Assembly: GCA_964016885.1 (NCBI GenBank)
Contig: OZ024742.1
Coordinates: 127,100,001-127,164,000 of the forward strand
Direction of reading: 5' to 3'
DNA from: Eledone cirrhosa
Lineage: Eukaryota
DNA: 64,000 nucleotides
Shown here: one piece after another, positions 14,656 through 29,254 of the stretch
Position numbering within the stretch: position 1 is the first letter of the stretch
How the letters are laid out: every line of letters begins with the position of its first letter
Position numbers and translations under genes: made by a program
Notes under the pieces: model-generated
Database searches by the model: none
The model's input: only the letters and a program-made list of their open reading frames with translations
Told to the model about the DNA's origin: nothing

Positions 14656-14659
14656 ATGC

Positions 14660-14707
<48 letters not shown>

Positions 14708-14891
14708 ATATGTATATATATATATGTGTATATATATATCGTTCGTTGTCTTGTCCTTCCGTTGTTAATTTTCTAAAGTTTATGAGATGTCAACATGAAT
14801 GGACCATGAATGGACCTGTTATTTTTATCTAAAGACATTTTTTCCAATTCCAACCCGCGCGTCCCCTCACTCTATCTTATTTCTCATTTTT

Positions 14892-14927
14892 TCTTCTGAT
14901 GAAGGATTAGCGTCCGAAACGTCAAGA
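14892..14927 (+). ncRNA. Minimal type I hammerhead motif typical of PLE pLTRs
   Basis: TCTT-CTGATGA-A-GGA-TTAGCG-TCC-GAAA-CG-TC-AAGA. Confidence 0.7.
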
Positions 14928-14971
14928 CCCTCTTCCTGCTATTTCAAGCGTTAAAATTTCAAGCGTTAAAA

Positions 14972-16616
14972 TTTCAAGCTATTAAAATTTCTTACTCTAC
15001 GGCTCCTAACCTTGCACATAACATCACAGCTTCAAATTTAGCTAAACTACCTAGCCGTAGGAACACGTGCAACCCTGTAGGTAGTACTAACTGTAATTGT
15101 AGGAATCGGGCTGATTGCCCCCTATCCGGGAAATGCCTCTCTAGTTACATTGTCTACAAATGTAAGGTTGTAACACCCACGTCCCGTAGGGCCTACATAG
15201 GGTTAACCGCCAATAGTTTCAAGCAGCGTCTTTACATGCATACCCATTCTTTTCGTTACCCTCTAAGAAGGAATATGACGTCACTTTCAGCTTATATCTG
15301 GAGTCTAAAAGACAACCACACCCAATATAAGTTACACTGGGAGATCCTAGCTAGGGCTAGATCGTATAACGGAAATAAAAGACCATGTGACCTCTGCGCC
15401 GCTGAGGCCCTGGAAATACTCTACGCTACAGACCACATCTTAAACAAAAAATCTGAGGCAATTTCGGCTTGTAAACATAAATTGCACAAAACTTTCCTGT
15501 ATTACAGCCCCACGTTATACCTTAACGGATAGCACGATCTATACGTGGATATGTTACGTCTTGATGTGGGAGCTAAGTATATGTTTTGTTTATTCCTTTA
15601 CGTATTTGCATAGGTAGTATATATTACCCGTATGTTTTGTGAAGGTATGTATACCTTCTCGTACGTATATTTGACTGTTATAGCGTATAATTTTTACATA
15701 TTCTGGTATTTAGGGTTTGGCTATGTGTATACGGGAGTTTTGCGTCCGCGTGAGTGTGCAGGTTCGTACGTATGGTGGGTGTGTGTATATGTGTACTTCT
15801 TGTTTTAGTTGACTTACGTCTCCGAACATTCGTGTATTTATATGTAGGTATGCGTGTGCGCTTGTTATATACGTATTTATTTACTTATATACGTTTATAT
15901 AATTATTTATTTATTTGTACACAAACATACACACACACACATATTTATATGTGAGTGGTTTTGTATACCCATGGTAAGGTTTTGCGTATGCTTGTGTATG
16001 TACGTATCTGTTTGCGTGTATGTATTTATTTGTTCCTATTACTTCTGTATTGTATTTATTTACTTTGTTCTTAACTCTGCAGCGGAGATTCATTTGGTCT
16101 CCTAGTTAGAATTTTAGTCTACGATTTCTGCTATACCATTTACGCGGTTTTGTCTTTGCGTGCTATTGTTCTCAACGCTCCACATATGACTTATTATCTT
16201 CGTTTTTTCGTTCATTGCCAGAGAACGTCTCTATGCACCACCTGAGAGAACATTAGTCTACGACCTCTTTTATACCATAAACGTGGTTTTGTCTTTGCGC
16301 GTAATTGTTTTTCACCGCTCCTATTAATGACGTATTATTCGTTTTTTCCCGTTCTTTGCCAGCGAACGTTACCACGAACCAAAGTATCGTCTTCCTGTCT
16401 TCCTCCGGTTGCAACGTTTTTTGAAATATCCAGTTCTGCGTTTACAGATTGACTTTGTTAGTTTCAGAAGATCCCGTTAAGGGTGAAAGCAGCGATTCTT
16501 TGCTTAAACTTTAATCTGTTATTTTAATAAATATTTGCTCTACGGTTCTTATATATTTGATATATATTTTCCTTATCGAGCCCTCTTTGGATTTTAGTCT
16601 TCAATTTTATTATTAT

Positions 16617-16620
<4 letters not shown>
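14972..16620 (+). mobile_element. 5'-truncated Penelope-like element, Hydra-clade type
   Basis: Open frame 14981-15532: IKISYST...CNCRNRADCPL (CxCx5C)...IVY...YIG...FKQR...CDLC...LNKKSE..SACKH (GIY-YIG endonuclease). A long 3' UTR carries the HHR-like motif and ends in (TA)n. Confidence 0.85.
14981..15532 (+). pseudogene. PLE C-terminal GIY-YIG endonuclease fragment
   Basis: In-frame upstream extension of ORF 15236-15532; collinear with 42038-42700. Confidence 0.85.
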
Positions 16621-16678
<58 letters not shown>

Positions 16679-16730
16679 TGTGTATGTATGTGTGTATGTA
16701 TGTATGCATGTATGCATGTATGTATGTATA

Positions 16731-17360
16731 TTTACACACTTTTGGATGGCCGTTAACTCTTATGAGTTCTTCCGCCCTTTGTCAGGTTTTGTTTTTTGTC
16801 CTGCAGGGTATCCAAAATCACCCTCCTCACCAAGTAAACTTGGTGGGGTTGCCGGTTTAGTCGCCGACGACCCGACCATGCGACAGGTTGTACTGCGTTA
16901 CATGTTACCAGTAGCACTCAAAAGTGTGTAAATATGTATATGCACATGTACATATGTATGTATATGTATATGTGTATATGCATGGGTGCATGTGTATGTA
17001 TATGCGTGGGGACATAGAAAGAGTCGGGCTGAACACCCGATCGCGCGGTTAAACCACTGGGAGTGAAGGAACCCTAGCCTTTGTCAGGCCATTCTTCTAG
17101 GAGAATCCAACTCAGGAAACTGGGATAACTCCGATATAAAACCTGCGGCTCAGTAGTTACCGATGATGTTGATCTTTTCTTCTTTTCGGGTTATAACTAC
17201 TGTCGCTCAGAGAGTGGGATTGGCTCAGTGCACAGTCTTTCCACACTTTAAAAAATATCTTCACGCACAGGCATTGCACGATAGAATTAATTAATATTTA
17301 TTAATAATGGTATATCATGCAATGGCCATACTCGATAACGAGGTGGAAGCCATCTTGTAT
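16731..17360. mobile_element. Dispersed non-coding repeat (possibly an RTE 5' region)
   Basis: The right part is homologous to 13077-13452. The left part is bounded by the short inverted TTTACACACTTTT/AAAAGTGTGTAAA. Confidence 0.5.
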
Positions 17361-17894
17361 GTATATATATAGGCTGATCCAGTGGCCTGTTATTCTGGAG
17401 TTTCCTATGCGTACGACATGTTTAAAAAAAGTTGAAAAACTCTGTAAAGAACTTGTAGCGTTCATGGGAAGTTTCATAATAACAAGTCACTGGATCAACC
17501 TTACTAAAGTCTTAATCTGTATGAGTTCTCATTCTTGCACATTCAACAATATTAGAATATTTGCTTACGTGGTCATGTGAATCAGAACAATGAACTCAAC
17601 ATGTCCAAATACTATCTTCGCTTCACAATCGCAATCATTATACCTGCTCTTAATCTCTCTCACTGCATGGCATCTTGAGCAAGTGTTATTTACCGTAGCT
17701 TTATATCCACCCATCTCTTGTGAGTAATACTGTGCAGACGGAAATGTTTTGGAAGCTCGTATATCGGACTGTGTATGAAATTCAAATGGCGCACTGAACC
17801 TCACTGAGAATTAGGTAAAGAGTTCACGTGCCTGTAGAATGCTGCTCAACCACTTACAGGTTAATTTCACGAGCAGGCTGTTCCGTTGTTCGAA

Positions 17895-18245
17895 CGGCAA
17901 AAGGCCAGACAGCATAACAATCTTCCCGTTCCGTGGAGGGCAGACCCATAATTTGTGATGCTACATTTTGTGACACCTTCTCTATTGGCAACCTAGTGAG
18001 CTCGGCTACCAGCCCAGGCTCTGCTGCCCACCAGGCTGAAGAGGGAAAACTCTCCAAGTCTTGGCCGTTCTCTGATGCGTTTGTTGTAGAGCCTGTAGCG
18101 GTGGAGACTTCTCTCGTTCTTGGCCTCCGGATCTCGTCCCTACACACTGCTATCGGAGTGGTTGGCTGCCCGCGGGTGCGAGCTCCGCGAGGTGGAGTGC
18201 CTTCACCAGCGCGTCTCCCCCACCGTCCTCCGGGGCAATGTATTT
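17895..18245 (+). pseudogene. CRE-like non-LTR retrotransposon restriction-like endonuclease fragment
   Basis: GKRPDSITIFPF, then a frameshift, then CDATFCDTF...GSAAHQAEEGK...PVAVETSLVLG; a PD-(D/E)xK RLE motif pattern. Confidence 0.65.
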
Positions 18246-18713
18246 TCCATCATTTCGGCTGGGACCAAGAGACAGAGGATAAATTAGTTGGAGGTGGAGG
18301 ACACTGGTTCCGACGTTACAGATACACACACATACACGACTTTACTTTGTATGTAGAAGATTGCTGACTGGGAACAACATGAGAATGTTGCATGGCAACG
18401 AGATGCTATAAAGGTTGCCTTGGACACCGTCTAATATACAAATGAAAGAGAGGGAAAGGAAAAACGTAAAGGAACCATGATGAAAGAGAAGAAAACGAAG
18501 TTGTGAAGTTAAAGGGGAGGGGGGGGTGATAATGTGAGAGGAGTAGTTGACGGTAAGAGTGGGGGAAGGAGGTGATGATGTAAGAGGAGCAGGTGAAGAT
18601 AAAAGAGAGGGTGAGGTGATGGTAAGAGAAAGAGATCGAGGTAAAGATGGGGGAGTAAATGAAAGTAAGAATGTGGAAATGAAGAAGATGGCGGTAATGG
18701 AAGAGGAGGAGAT

Positions 18714-18786
<73 letters not shown>

Positions 18787-18974
18787 AGGTTATAGCATAA
18801 GCGAGGTGGGAAAGGAGCAAAAGAGAGAGAAAGAGAGTAGGTGATAGGTGAGGATGGGATAGAGGAGCAAGTGAAGGTAAAAGAGAGTAAATGAAGCTGG
18901 AGGTGAGGGAGGAGGAGGATGTAAAGATAAAGTTTACATAAGTTAGGAACGCTGGGGAGGAAGAAAACGGGAAG

Positions 18975-19250
18975 GCAATGGAGGGGTGGGTAGAAGGCAA
19001 GGGCGGGTGAAGGCAAGATATGATGGTGGAGTGAGGGAAGCAATGGAGGGGTGAGTAGAAGGCGGCGTGAAGACAAAATATGATGGTGGAGTGAGGGACG
19101 CAAGGGTGGGTGGGTAGAAGGCAGGGGGGGGTGAAGGCAAGATATGATGGTGGCGTGAGGGAAGCAAGGGTGGTTGGGAGGAAGGCGTGGGGCGTGAAGG
19201 CAAGATATGATGGTGGAGTGAGGGAAGCAGGGGTGGGTGGGTAGAGGACG
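18975..19250. repeat. About 60-65-bp G-rich minisatellite, about 4 copies
   Basis: GTGAAGGCAAGATATGATGGTGGAGTGAGGGAAGCA recurs at about 19007, 19067, 19131 and 19194. Confidence 0.8.
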
Positions 19251-19410
19251 GGGGGGGGGGGGGGGCGAAGCAGGAGATAAGAAAAGATTTACAAGATTTC
19301 ACAAATGATGACTAAAAGGAAACAGGTTGGTGGCGGGGAGAAGGAAAAGATCGAATATACGGGCGTAGCAGATTAAGAAACTACAAAAGACAATACACAT
19401 TACACTCACT

Positions 19411-19481
<71 letters not shown>

Positions 19482-19530
19482 GTGCGTGTGTATATATATA
19501 TATATATATATGTACGTATGTATATATATA

Positions 19531-19629
19531 CATGGTGTCCCAAAAAATGTATACATTCTTCAACAACATTCTAATAAGCATTGCCTGTACAGGTAATCAA
19601 AGTGTGTATACATTTTTCGGGACACCCTG
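19531..19629. mobile_element. 99-bp Tc1/mariner-type MITE
   Basis: TIRs CATGGTGTCCCAAAAAATGTATACA / TGTATACATTTTTCGGGACACCCTG, inserted in TA. Confidence 0.8.
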
Positions 19630-19664
<35 letters not shown>

Positions 19665-19700
19665 ACGTATATATGTATTGCATGTATGTATTATGTAATG

Positions 19701-19763
<63 letters not shown>

Positions 19764-19832
19764 TAAACGTATATAGAGAGAGACATATACATACATATAC
19801 GTTTGTGTATGTTTGCATGTAAACACACCCAC

Positions 19833-19868
<36 letters not shown>

Positions 19869-19971
19869 TAAAGTGTCTCGTGAAAAGCTCGGTACATGTA
19901 CATATGTATACATATGTGTATTTATATGCATAATAGTACTTCCGTATACATATGTAGATGTACACTTTAAC

Positions 19972-20010
<39 letters not shown>

Positions 20011-20011
20011 A

Positions 20012-20067
<56 letters not shown>

Positions 20068-20789
20068 CGCTCACTCCTCTCTTTCTCTCTCTAAACTTGG
20101 GTACTAAACTTTTGTTGTTCAATCTGTGTCACATCTAAGTTAAATTAACATTGTGTTCGTTGACATCGATCGAAATCGTATGATTCAATAGGTTTGGGAG
20201 ACTGACTCTGACGTGAATTGTTCAACTTCTATGATGTGTGATGTGACAATTTCAAATCTTCTATATAGGAGAGGAGAAACAAATGTTTATGGATTTTTTC
20301 TTCGAATTATTTTCAGGTGTTGTTACTTTATTTTGTTTATTTGTTTGGGTTTGTTTACTTTTCTTTTTTCTTTCTTTTTCAATTTTTTTTTTTTTTCGAT
20401 ATTCTTTTTTTTCTTTTCTATTTCCATGTGAGTGACAAGCACTCAAAAGCAGGCGAGACAATCAGGTAAAAATCTACAATTGAAGATATTTTATTTCCTT
20501 TATGTTGCTAACTACTCTGGGAAAAGCTCACAACTACGCCATTCATTCATTGTTATAGAAAAATCGATTAAAGAGACACCAATAAAATGATGGTGCGGAG
20601 TAGTAAATCGGCGCGGCATATCCAGCACCACCCAACCAGAGTTACTAGATCCATTTCACAAAATATAACACACAAAAACATGTTCCCAAAAAAGTTGTAG
20701 CGGACTATATTAGAATGTATCCTCCCCAATCACGAAAATAGATATATCTCAAACAAATACATACATACATACATACATACATACATACA

Positions 20790-20825
<36 letters not shown>

Positions 20826-20826
20826 T

Positions 20827-21108
20827 ATCATAAAACATGTCTTTAGAATCACTAGATATAATATATAGTGATATAATATATATAGTGATAGATATAATAT
20901 ATAGTAATGTCGGAGATTTCTTCATAGGAGCCTTTATTCTTATAGCTTGGTCTAATTGATTTTTTATATGGTTAATTATGCTAATTGGGAGAGGAAATGG
21001 TATATATTATATCTAGTGATTCTAAAGACATGTTTTATGATATATAGATCTGATTATTTAATTTATTAATTCTTCATTGAGCCACAACGTGACCTGTTGC
21101 AAAACACA
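20827..21108. mobile_element. Short repeat with a 5' inversion; relative at 39271-39405
   Basis: ATCATAAAACATGTCTTTAGAATCACTAGATATAATATATA is inverted at 21001-21041, and 20908-21045 matches 39272-39405. Confidence 0.6.
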
Positions 21109-21148
21109 TATATATCTATGACTTTATATATATATGTAAACCTTTATA

Positions 21149-21221
<73 letters not shown>

Positions 21222-21224
<3 letters not shown>

Positions 21225-21482
21225 GTTATCGCTCCACATGGCTGAATACAATAAATGTAATCTAAGTTTTTCAAATATCAATAAAAATATTCGATTTGTT
21301 CGCAATTATGCAAACCGCCTCGTTTAAGCCATGTCAGTAGAATGAGCCCCTCAATTCTGTTTGCATGCCAACACAAGAGCAAGAATGAGGGTCTCATTCT
21401 AATGACATGGCTTAAAAGAGGCTGTTTGTATCATTGCAAACGAATCGAATATTATTACTGATATTTGAAAAACTCAGATTAC

Positions 21483-21490
<8 letters not shown>
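21222..21490. mobile_element. Inverted-arm fragment of the 5112-5455 family
   Basis: 21352-21487 matches 5293-5432, and 21226-21352 is its inverted copy. Flanked by (TA)n. Confidence 0.7.
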
Positions 21491-21525
<35 letters not shown>

Positions 21526-21635
21526 AACTCACATACACAAATACATACACACACACACACACATATATATATTATATATATATATATATATATACAAACT
21601 CACATACACACATATACATACACACACATACACAT

Positions 21636-21671
<36 letters not shown>

Positions 21672-24600
21672 GTGTGTGTCGGTTATAATTTCATAGTTGA
21701 TAATTTAATTTGATATTCAATCGAATTATTACGTTTACAATCTTAATTTTAAAGCAGCATGCAGCACAATTTAAAAAGAAATATATATGTATAATAACGT
21801 GTATTCCTAAAAGGTTGCGTAACCCAAATCTGCCAATTCTGCCTGATTTAAAATATTTTTAGTCTTTGCCACAGTTAGAAATATACATTTTCCATATTTC
21901 TAAATTCAAAATACATGGCTTTTGTCTTTGTACTGAATCAAAAAGACACACATCGTTCCATATGACGAGAAAGACACTCTATTAGCTTTATAGAAATCTA
22001 TAAGAACCATTGAAATCACAACTTACTAGAAATGTTCTGATGCATTATTTCTTGTTAGATTTCAGTGCAGACAAAGCAGAAGAAAGTAGACACCTTTATT
22101 CTGTCCGATCCCTTACACATTATTTCATTCTATAAAACTCTTCTTCATATATTATTCTCAACAATTGTTCTCTTAACATCCTATAGGTATCACTATATAC
22201 GATAGAGTAAAACAATCAGCATAGCCTGCGTTATTTGACTGCATCACTTGATGCTCTCAGTTTGAATCCTGCTGAGGTTGATGTTGACAGTTATCCTCCT
22301 ATTTTCGATGAAATAAATTTTACCAGATATTTGTGTTGAACCACCGTCAGTACTAGCGAAGAGCGATCCAGTTGTTTCAATCAATGGGGGTTGCTTGCTC
22401 ATGAAATTAATATGTAAGGGACTAGATAACATCCATGTGCTCTACTGGTCTCGCTTGAGGATCCAGCCAGATCAGTTGGAGATGGTTACTTCTGACTGGA
22501 CGCGATGGAAGGAGTGTTTGAAGTTTCCGCCTCCCCGACCCCCCGACCCCCCCCCCCCCCAGGAGAAGAAGAAGAATGGACTGGGCATTCTACAGAAATG
22601 TGCACTCTTATCGTAAATCTCAGGGAGATTCAGTGTGACACAGACACAGTGTGTGAAAAGCTTGGCCCTTTAAATTACAACTACAGTTTATTTGAGAGGC
22701 TTCCAACCAGTTTCACTCTACCTAATTTCAATTATAATGCATGGTAAATGACACATGTCCAAGATGCCATGTGGTACGGTCGAATCCGGGACCTAATGTC
22801 CACGAAACAAACTCATTAACTATTTGGCACGAACGACCACCTGCTGGAGTTGGTAAGATCAACGAAAACCAACAATAGCTACTATGACAATGCAGTGTAA
22901 CATATATTCTTAAACGGTAAAAAAATAACTTTCGAGTGGGTTCTTGGTGCCAACCTATATCTGGACATTAGAATTTCAGACCTATCAACTCTCCCCGTCC
23001 GACGGGGAGATCTTGCACCCACTTAGGGATGAGTGAGAGATGTTTTCTTTTGTGAAAATGGGTATAGCTTTCATTGTCAAATTTTCATATTTTGCCTCAT
23101 TTCTCCCCGTTTCAGGGCACTTTTTTTCATGTTTCTCAACGTTTGAGTTTTTAAAGGTTGGCAAGTCTGGAATATCTTTCTGGCGAATAGATATTAGTGT
23201 AGTACTCAAGCTATCAGTTCACCCTTTGACCAGAATGAAGGTCACCAGTCACCAATCTTTATTCTGTTATACATCGTCCTGATATCTTCAATATCTGAGA
23301 CTGAAATATACTTTGGAATCGATAAGATCGACGAAACTCTTGAAGGCGGTGCCTCAATATGATCGCAGATCAGTTGAAGGAATGAATGACACCCTTGAAA
23401 TATCTGAATCACTCTGTATTGTTGTTGTTACTTTTCTTTGTTTATGAATGAAACGCAAATCGACAATAATTGTGTGAGCGCCCGCGCGTGTTTAAATGAC
23501 AATGTATTTATATGTTTTCGTATACGTATGTGTGTGTGTTTTATGCTGTTTGTTATGATCACGTTTGGGGGCAAATAACATTTTTCTAGGAACATGATAA
23601 AAAAATCAATTCAATAATTCCTTGATTACAACATTCTATTTGAAGATAGTTGAATCTGCAGTTTTCCGCAGTGAAGCCGATTCTTTTTTTTTTTAATTTA
23701 TAGAATATTTTAAGGTCCGTTCTCATATTTTCTACGACCCTAGTTTCTTTTACTATATTCTCTCCTTTTCGCGTAGATGTTTGGCTTATTTTAAATGTCT
23801 AGCGGTGCTTGTTTTTAGTGGGAATTTTCGCTGTTCTTTTCTTCATTTAAATGATTTGAGATATTTGTTCTTTGCCTCATAAAATTTTATCTGTCTCAGT
23901 AAATAATATTTTTATGTGTACTTGCTTTCTCACTGTAATAAAAGAAAATATATATGACGCATATTACTTAATATTTGTGTCATTCCCTTGTATAGAATGA
24001 CCTTTGAACTAATTCTGATTGAGAATCTCTTTCTGAATCAATGTTCATTTAGCTTATTAAAACGGACAAGTTCAATTTTCTGTTTCATCTTTCCAGGGTC
24101 ACTAAAATAAAGTACGAGTGAAGTGTATTCCTCAGTTTAATTAGCGAAATACACTCTCAAAAAATATGTAGCCCTTTTGACAATGTAACTACATATTTTT
24201 ACAACCCTTGGATGATGAAACCTAAAATAGACCATGGCGATATTTGAACTGATTACTTGAAGCAATGAAAGTAAATGTCATAAGTCATTTTGTCCAATAA
24301 TCTACTGATTCTGCTAGTCATTGCCATGGTGTACTGTCACGCATTCTATGTGAAGTAACAATTGACTTTAGCGACCCAACACTTGTATACTAATTTCACG
24401 TTGTCCTGTCCATTCAGCTGGCAAAAATGAGTTCTACCTGCAATTTTTTTTGTTTCATAGTATTTATGCTGTTAAAGAGCTTAATACTGACGGCATAGCC
24501 TACTCTATATATATGGTACTCTTCAGGTCTATTTTATTATCAGGAAAACGTATAAAGCTTCCCTTTCTAAGACTCGGAATTTTCCTGATGTTAACAACTT

Positions 24601-25573
24601 GTGGTAAAATGAAGTATCCTAGTTGGATTGTCTATCAATATAGACGTGAGGGAAAGTCCCTCGTCTTTTTACCATTTTTTGTAAGTGAGAATTATAACAA
24701 AGTGTGTAATCAAGGTGTGTGTGTAATCAAGACAATAACCACAACGAGAGTTATATTCAACAAATGTAAATAATGGTGATGTTTATTTTGTTTATATGTG
24801 TTTATTATATTACAAATGAAACACCAAATATATACGTGATCCAGATGTGGTGAAGGGAAGTATTACAATTACAAAGGTATTGTGGGGTTTGCTGTTTCCT
24901 TGGTTGTTATCGTTTCGTGGTACAGAGGCTGTTTTCTGTGGCGTGTATGCCGTCTGCTTTCCCGTGGCTGTCTGTTTACCTCTGGGTGTTCTCAACCAGG
25001 GGGAGACAACTAGGCCTGGTCTATTATCCGCCAGGGGGGCGTGAGGCGTCTTACTACAAACTTTTACTTGTCAATGTTGTTACGTCCGTTACAAATTGTT
25101 CGTATATTCCAGCTCCTCAAATTTACTGGGTGTTTAATTTACATATACCTTTGGAGTTTTTGGTCTATCTTCATACAAACGACAAAGAGCTTTTTAGAAT
25201 TAGGTGCGAGGGGGTTTCAACATGCCGTGGGTATCCCAATATTGAGGTGAGCAGTAGTTGATCATTGTAACTGAAAACCTGTTCTTGTTATCGAAGTTGC
25301 CTCATGGTTTATTAATGATTATTTTAGAGATGCTTCGAACTACACTTTGGGAGTTGATGGGATTTGGCAGTGGTTTCTAGCAAGTCGAGCGACCATATAG
25401 AAGCATCCGCTTATATCTAGTAGTAGTAGTAGTAGTAGTAGTAGCAGGAGGAGGAGGAGGAGGTGGATAATGATGATGAGGAGATAAAGTTTGCTATTAA
25501 CTGACCGGATGATAATAGTTGCTGTGGTTGGTAATAGTCATATTACCGTTGTTGTTGTTGTTGTTGTTGTTGC

Positions 25574-25621
<48 letters not shown>

Positions 25622-25739
25622 CTAACCACATATGACCCTTAATCATACAATCGTATGGTGAAAAGTATTCCATTGTGGCCATCAAGTTAGTAATTTGATT
25701 AAGCTCTGGTTTCTATTTCAAGACAATGACGGGGATAGT

Positions 25740-28500
25740 GTTGTTGTTGCTGTTGTTGTTGTTGTTAGTGGTGGTGGTGGTGGTGGTGGTACTGGTGGTG
25801 GTGTTGGTGATGGTGTTGGTGTTGGTGTTGGTGGTACTGGTGGTGGTGGTGATGGTGTTGGTGGTGGTGTTGTTGTTGGTGGTGGTGGTGGTGTTGGTGG
25901 TACTGATGGTGGTGGTGGTGGTGGTACTGGTGGTGGTGGTGATGGTGTTGGTGATGGTGTTGGTGGTGGTGTTGGTGGTACTGGTGGTGGTGGTGATGTT
26001 GTTGTTGGTGGTGGTGGTGGTGTTGGTGGTACTGGTGGTGGTGGTGGTGGTACTGGTGGTGGTGGTGTTGGTGGTGGTGGTGGTGGTACTGGTGGCGGTG
26101 GTGATTCTGGTGGTGCTGGTGGTGATGGTGGTGGTGGTGATGGTGTTGGTGTTGGTGGTGGTGGTGGTACTGGTGGCAGTAGTGATGGTGGTGGTGGTGG
26201 TGGTGGTGGTAGTGGTGGTGTTGGTGATGGTGGTGGTGGTGTTGGTGGTGCTGTTGGTGGTGGTGGTGATGGTGGTGGAGGTGGTGGTGGTGGTGGTGGT
26301 GGTGGTGGTGGTGGTGGTGGTGGTGGTGGTACTGGTGGCGGTGGTGATGGTGGTGGTGGTACTGGTGGTGGTGGTGTTGGTGTTGGTGGTGGTGGTGGTG
26401 GTGGTGGTGATGGTGGTGGTGTTGGTGTTGGTGGTGGTGGTGGTGGTGGTGGTGATGGTGGTGGTGTTGGTGTTGGTGGTGGTGCTGGTGGTGGTACTGG
26501 TGGTGGTGGTGGTGTTGGTGTTGGTGTTGGTGGTGGTGGTGGTGGTGGTGATGGTGGTGGTGTTGGTGTTGGTGTTGGTGGTGGTGGTAGTGGTGATGGT
26601 GGTGGTGTTGGTGTTGGTGGTGGTGGTGGTGGTGGTGGTGATGGTGGTGGTGTTGGTGTTGGTGGTGGTGGTGGTGGTGGTACTGGTGGTGGTGGTGGTG
26701 TTGGTGGTGGTGGTGGTGGTGGTATGGCTGTTGGTGGTGGTGGTGGTGGTGGTGATGGTGGTGGTGTTGGTGTTGGTGTTGGTGGTGGTGGTAGTGGTGA
26801 TGGTGGTGGTGTTGGTGTTGGTGGTGGTGGTGGTGGTGGTACTGGTGATGGTGGTGGTACTGGTGGTGGTACTGGTGGTGATGGTGGTGGTGGTGGTGGT
26901 GGTGGTGATGGTGGTGGTGGTGTTGGTGTTGGTAGTGGTGGTGGTGGTGGTGGTGGTGGTGGTGGTGGTGGTGGTATTGGTGGTGGTGGTACTAGTGGTA
27001 CTGGTGGTGGTGGTGATGCTGGTAATGATGGTGGTGGTGGTGGTGATGGTGGTGGTACTGGTTGTGGTGGTGATGGTGGTGGTGCTCTGTTTGTTGTGAT
27101 GATGGTGGGGCTGCTGATGGTTGTGATGGTAGTAATGATGATAGTGCTGATCGTTGTGGTAGTGGTTGTGGTGGTGGTGGTTATGATAGTGGTAGCGATG
27201 GTGACGGTGCTGACTGATGTGATGGTGGTAGTGGGGATGCTGATTGTTGTGGTAGTGGTTGTGGTGGTGGTGGTGGTGGTTATGATAGTGGTAGCGATGG
27301 TGACGGTGCTGACTGATGTGATGGTGGTAGTGGGGGTGCTGATTGTTGTGGTAGTGGTTGTGGTGGTGGTGGTGGTGGTGGTTATGATAGTGGTAGCGAT
27401 GGTGACGGTGCTGACTGATGTGATGGTGGTAGTGGGGGTGCTGATTGTTGTGGTAGTGGTTGTGGTGGTGGTTATGATAGTGATGGTGATGGTGATGGTG
27501 ACGGTGCTGACTGATGTGATGGTGGTAGTGGGGGTGCTGATTGTTGTGGTAGTGGTTGTGGTGGTGGTGGTGGTGGTTATGATAGTGGTAGTGATGGTGA
27601 CGGTGATGGTGCTGACTGATGTGATGGTGGTAGTGGGGGTGCTGATTGTTGTGGTAGTGGTTGTGGTGGTGGTGGTGGTGGTTATGATAGTGGTAGTGAA
27701 GGTGACGGTGATGGTGCTGACTGATGTGATGGTGGTAGTGGTGGTGCTGATTGTTGTGGTAGTGGTTGTGGTGGTGGTGGTGGTTATGATAATGGTAGTG
27801 ATGGTGATGGTGACGGTGCTGACTGATGTGATGGTGGTAGTGGGGGTGCTGATTGTTGTGGTAGTGGTTGTGGTGGTGGTGGTGGTGGTTATGATAGTGG
27901 TAGTGATGGTGATGGTGCTGACTGATGTGATGGTGGTAGTGGGGGTGCTGATTGTTGTGGTAGTGGTTGTGGTGGTGGTGGTGGTTATGATAGTGATGGT
28001 GATGGTGATGGTGATGGTGCTGATTGTCGTGATTGTGGTAGTGGGGGTGCTGATTGTTGTGGTAGTGGTAGTGGTTGTGGTGGTGGCTATGATAGTGATG
28101 GTGATGGTGATGGTGCTGATTGTTGTGATTGTGGTAGTGGGGGTGCTATCGATATTTGTGGTAGAGGCTGTGGTAGTGGTTGGAGGTGGCAGTTGTAGTT
28201 GTGATGGTGGTAGTGATGTATGTGTGTGATGGGGATAATGATCATTGTGATGGTTATTGTGGTGGTTGACTCAGTGGTGTTTAGTGGTGGAAGTTGTGGC
28301 TATGGTGCTGCTGATGGTTGTGGTAGTGAATGTGATGGTGGTGGTGATGGTGATGGTGTGTATATGGTGATGCTATTTGTTGTGGTATTTATTGTGGTGG
28401 TTGACACAGTGGTTGTTGTTATTGTGGAGGTGTGTGTGGTGGTGGTGGTGGTTGTGCTTGTGGTAGCTATGGTTGTGATGATGGTGGTAGTGGTGTTAGT
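25740..28500. repeat. (GGT)n-derived low-complexity tract, becoming an about 75-87-bp minisatellite from about 27140
   Basis: Direct reading; the unit GTGCTGACTGATGTGATGGTGGTAGTGGGGGTGCTGATTGTTGTGGTAG repeats about 10 times. Confidence 0.9.
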
Positions 28501-28818
28501 GGTTAGAATAGCGTCACTTGTATCACAGGCGTTGAATTCCAAGGGAGACCACTCTTAAATAAATGTTTTAACATTTCATGGCATAGCATTAGGAAGCCAG
28601 GAGTTACTTCCCTGTAGACCTTGTGCCTTACAAACATATAGAGTCAGTCGAAATAAACAGCGAATTGACAAGATCGTTACAACGTCAGATATAATGCTTC
28701 GCGGTATTCGTTCCAATTTCTGCCCTCTGCGTTCAAATCCAGCCTAGGTCATCTTTGCTTTTTACTCTTTCGGGGTTGACAGAAAATTACTTGCTCGGTA
28801 TTGGGTCGATTTTTCCTC

Positions 28819-28863
<45 letters not shown>

Positions 28864-29254
28864 AAGAAATCGGCTGTGTTTAGACTCTATGATTCCAGCA
28901 TGAATTATACATACATACATGATGATGGCCGCAACTCGATTTCGAGTAATACCATAGCTTGATATTTAAGCATGAGCATCACGGACGTAATCTTTTAGTC
29001 CTGCTAGCGACTTACCTATAGCCAGCAATACCAGGCATCGCAAAAATGTCACATATCAAACGATGCCTGTGCTTGAAGCTTTTTTAAGTGAGGGAAGGCT
29101 TTGCATGGGACCTATCCCACTCTCTGGACATCGAATGCATTTCCCAAAAAGAAGAACTGGTCTATATCATTGGATGCAAACGATGTCGCAGGTTTTATAT
29201 CAGAGTGACCTTCTCCTAGAGAGATGTATTAATGAAGACTAGGAATCTCTCGCT

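Noticed and set aside
16790-16915. HDV-like ribozyme in a GC-rich RTE-like segment
   Set aside because: I could not assign the nested double pseudoknot by eye.
21700-25400. Possible host-gene exons in less repetitive sequence
   Set aside because: No convincing ORF, domain or splice-bounded frame; only decayed SINE traces. Small exons cannot be excluded without RNA data.
25695-28229. 844-aa Gly/Val-rich ORF and 457-aa poly-Val ORF
   Set aside because: Products of a (GGT)n-derived repeat that lacks stops in several frames; no domain; copy number varies in the duplicate.
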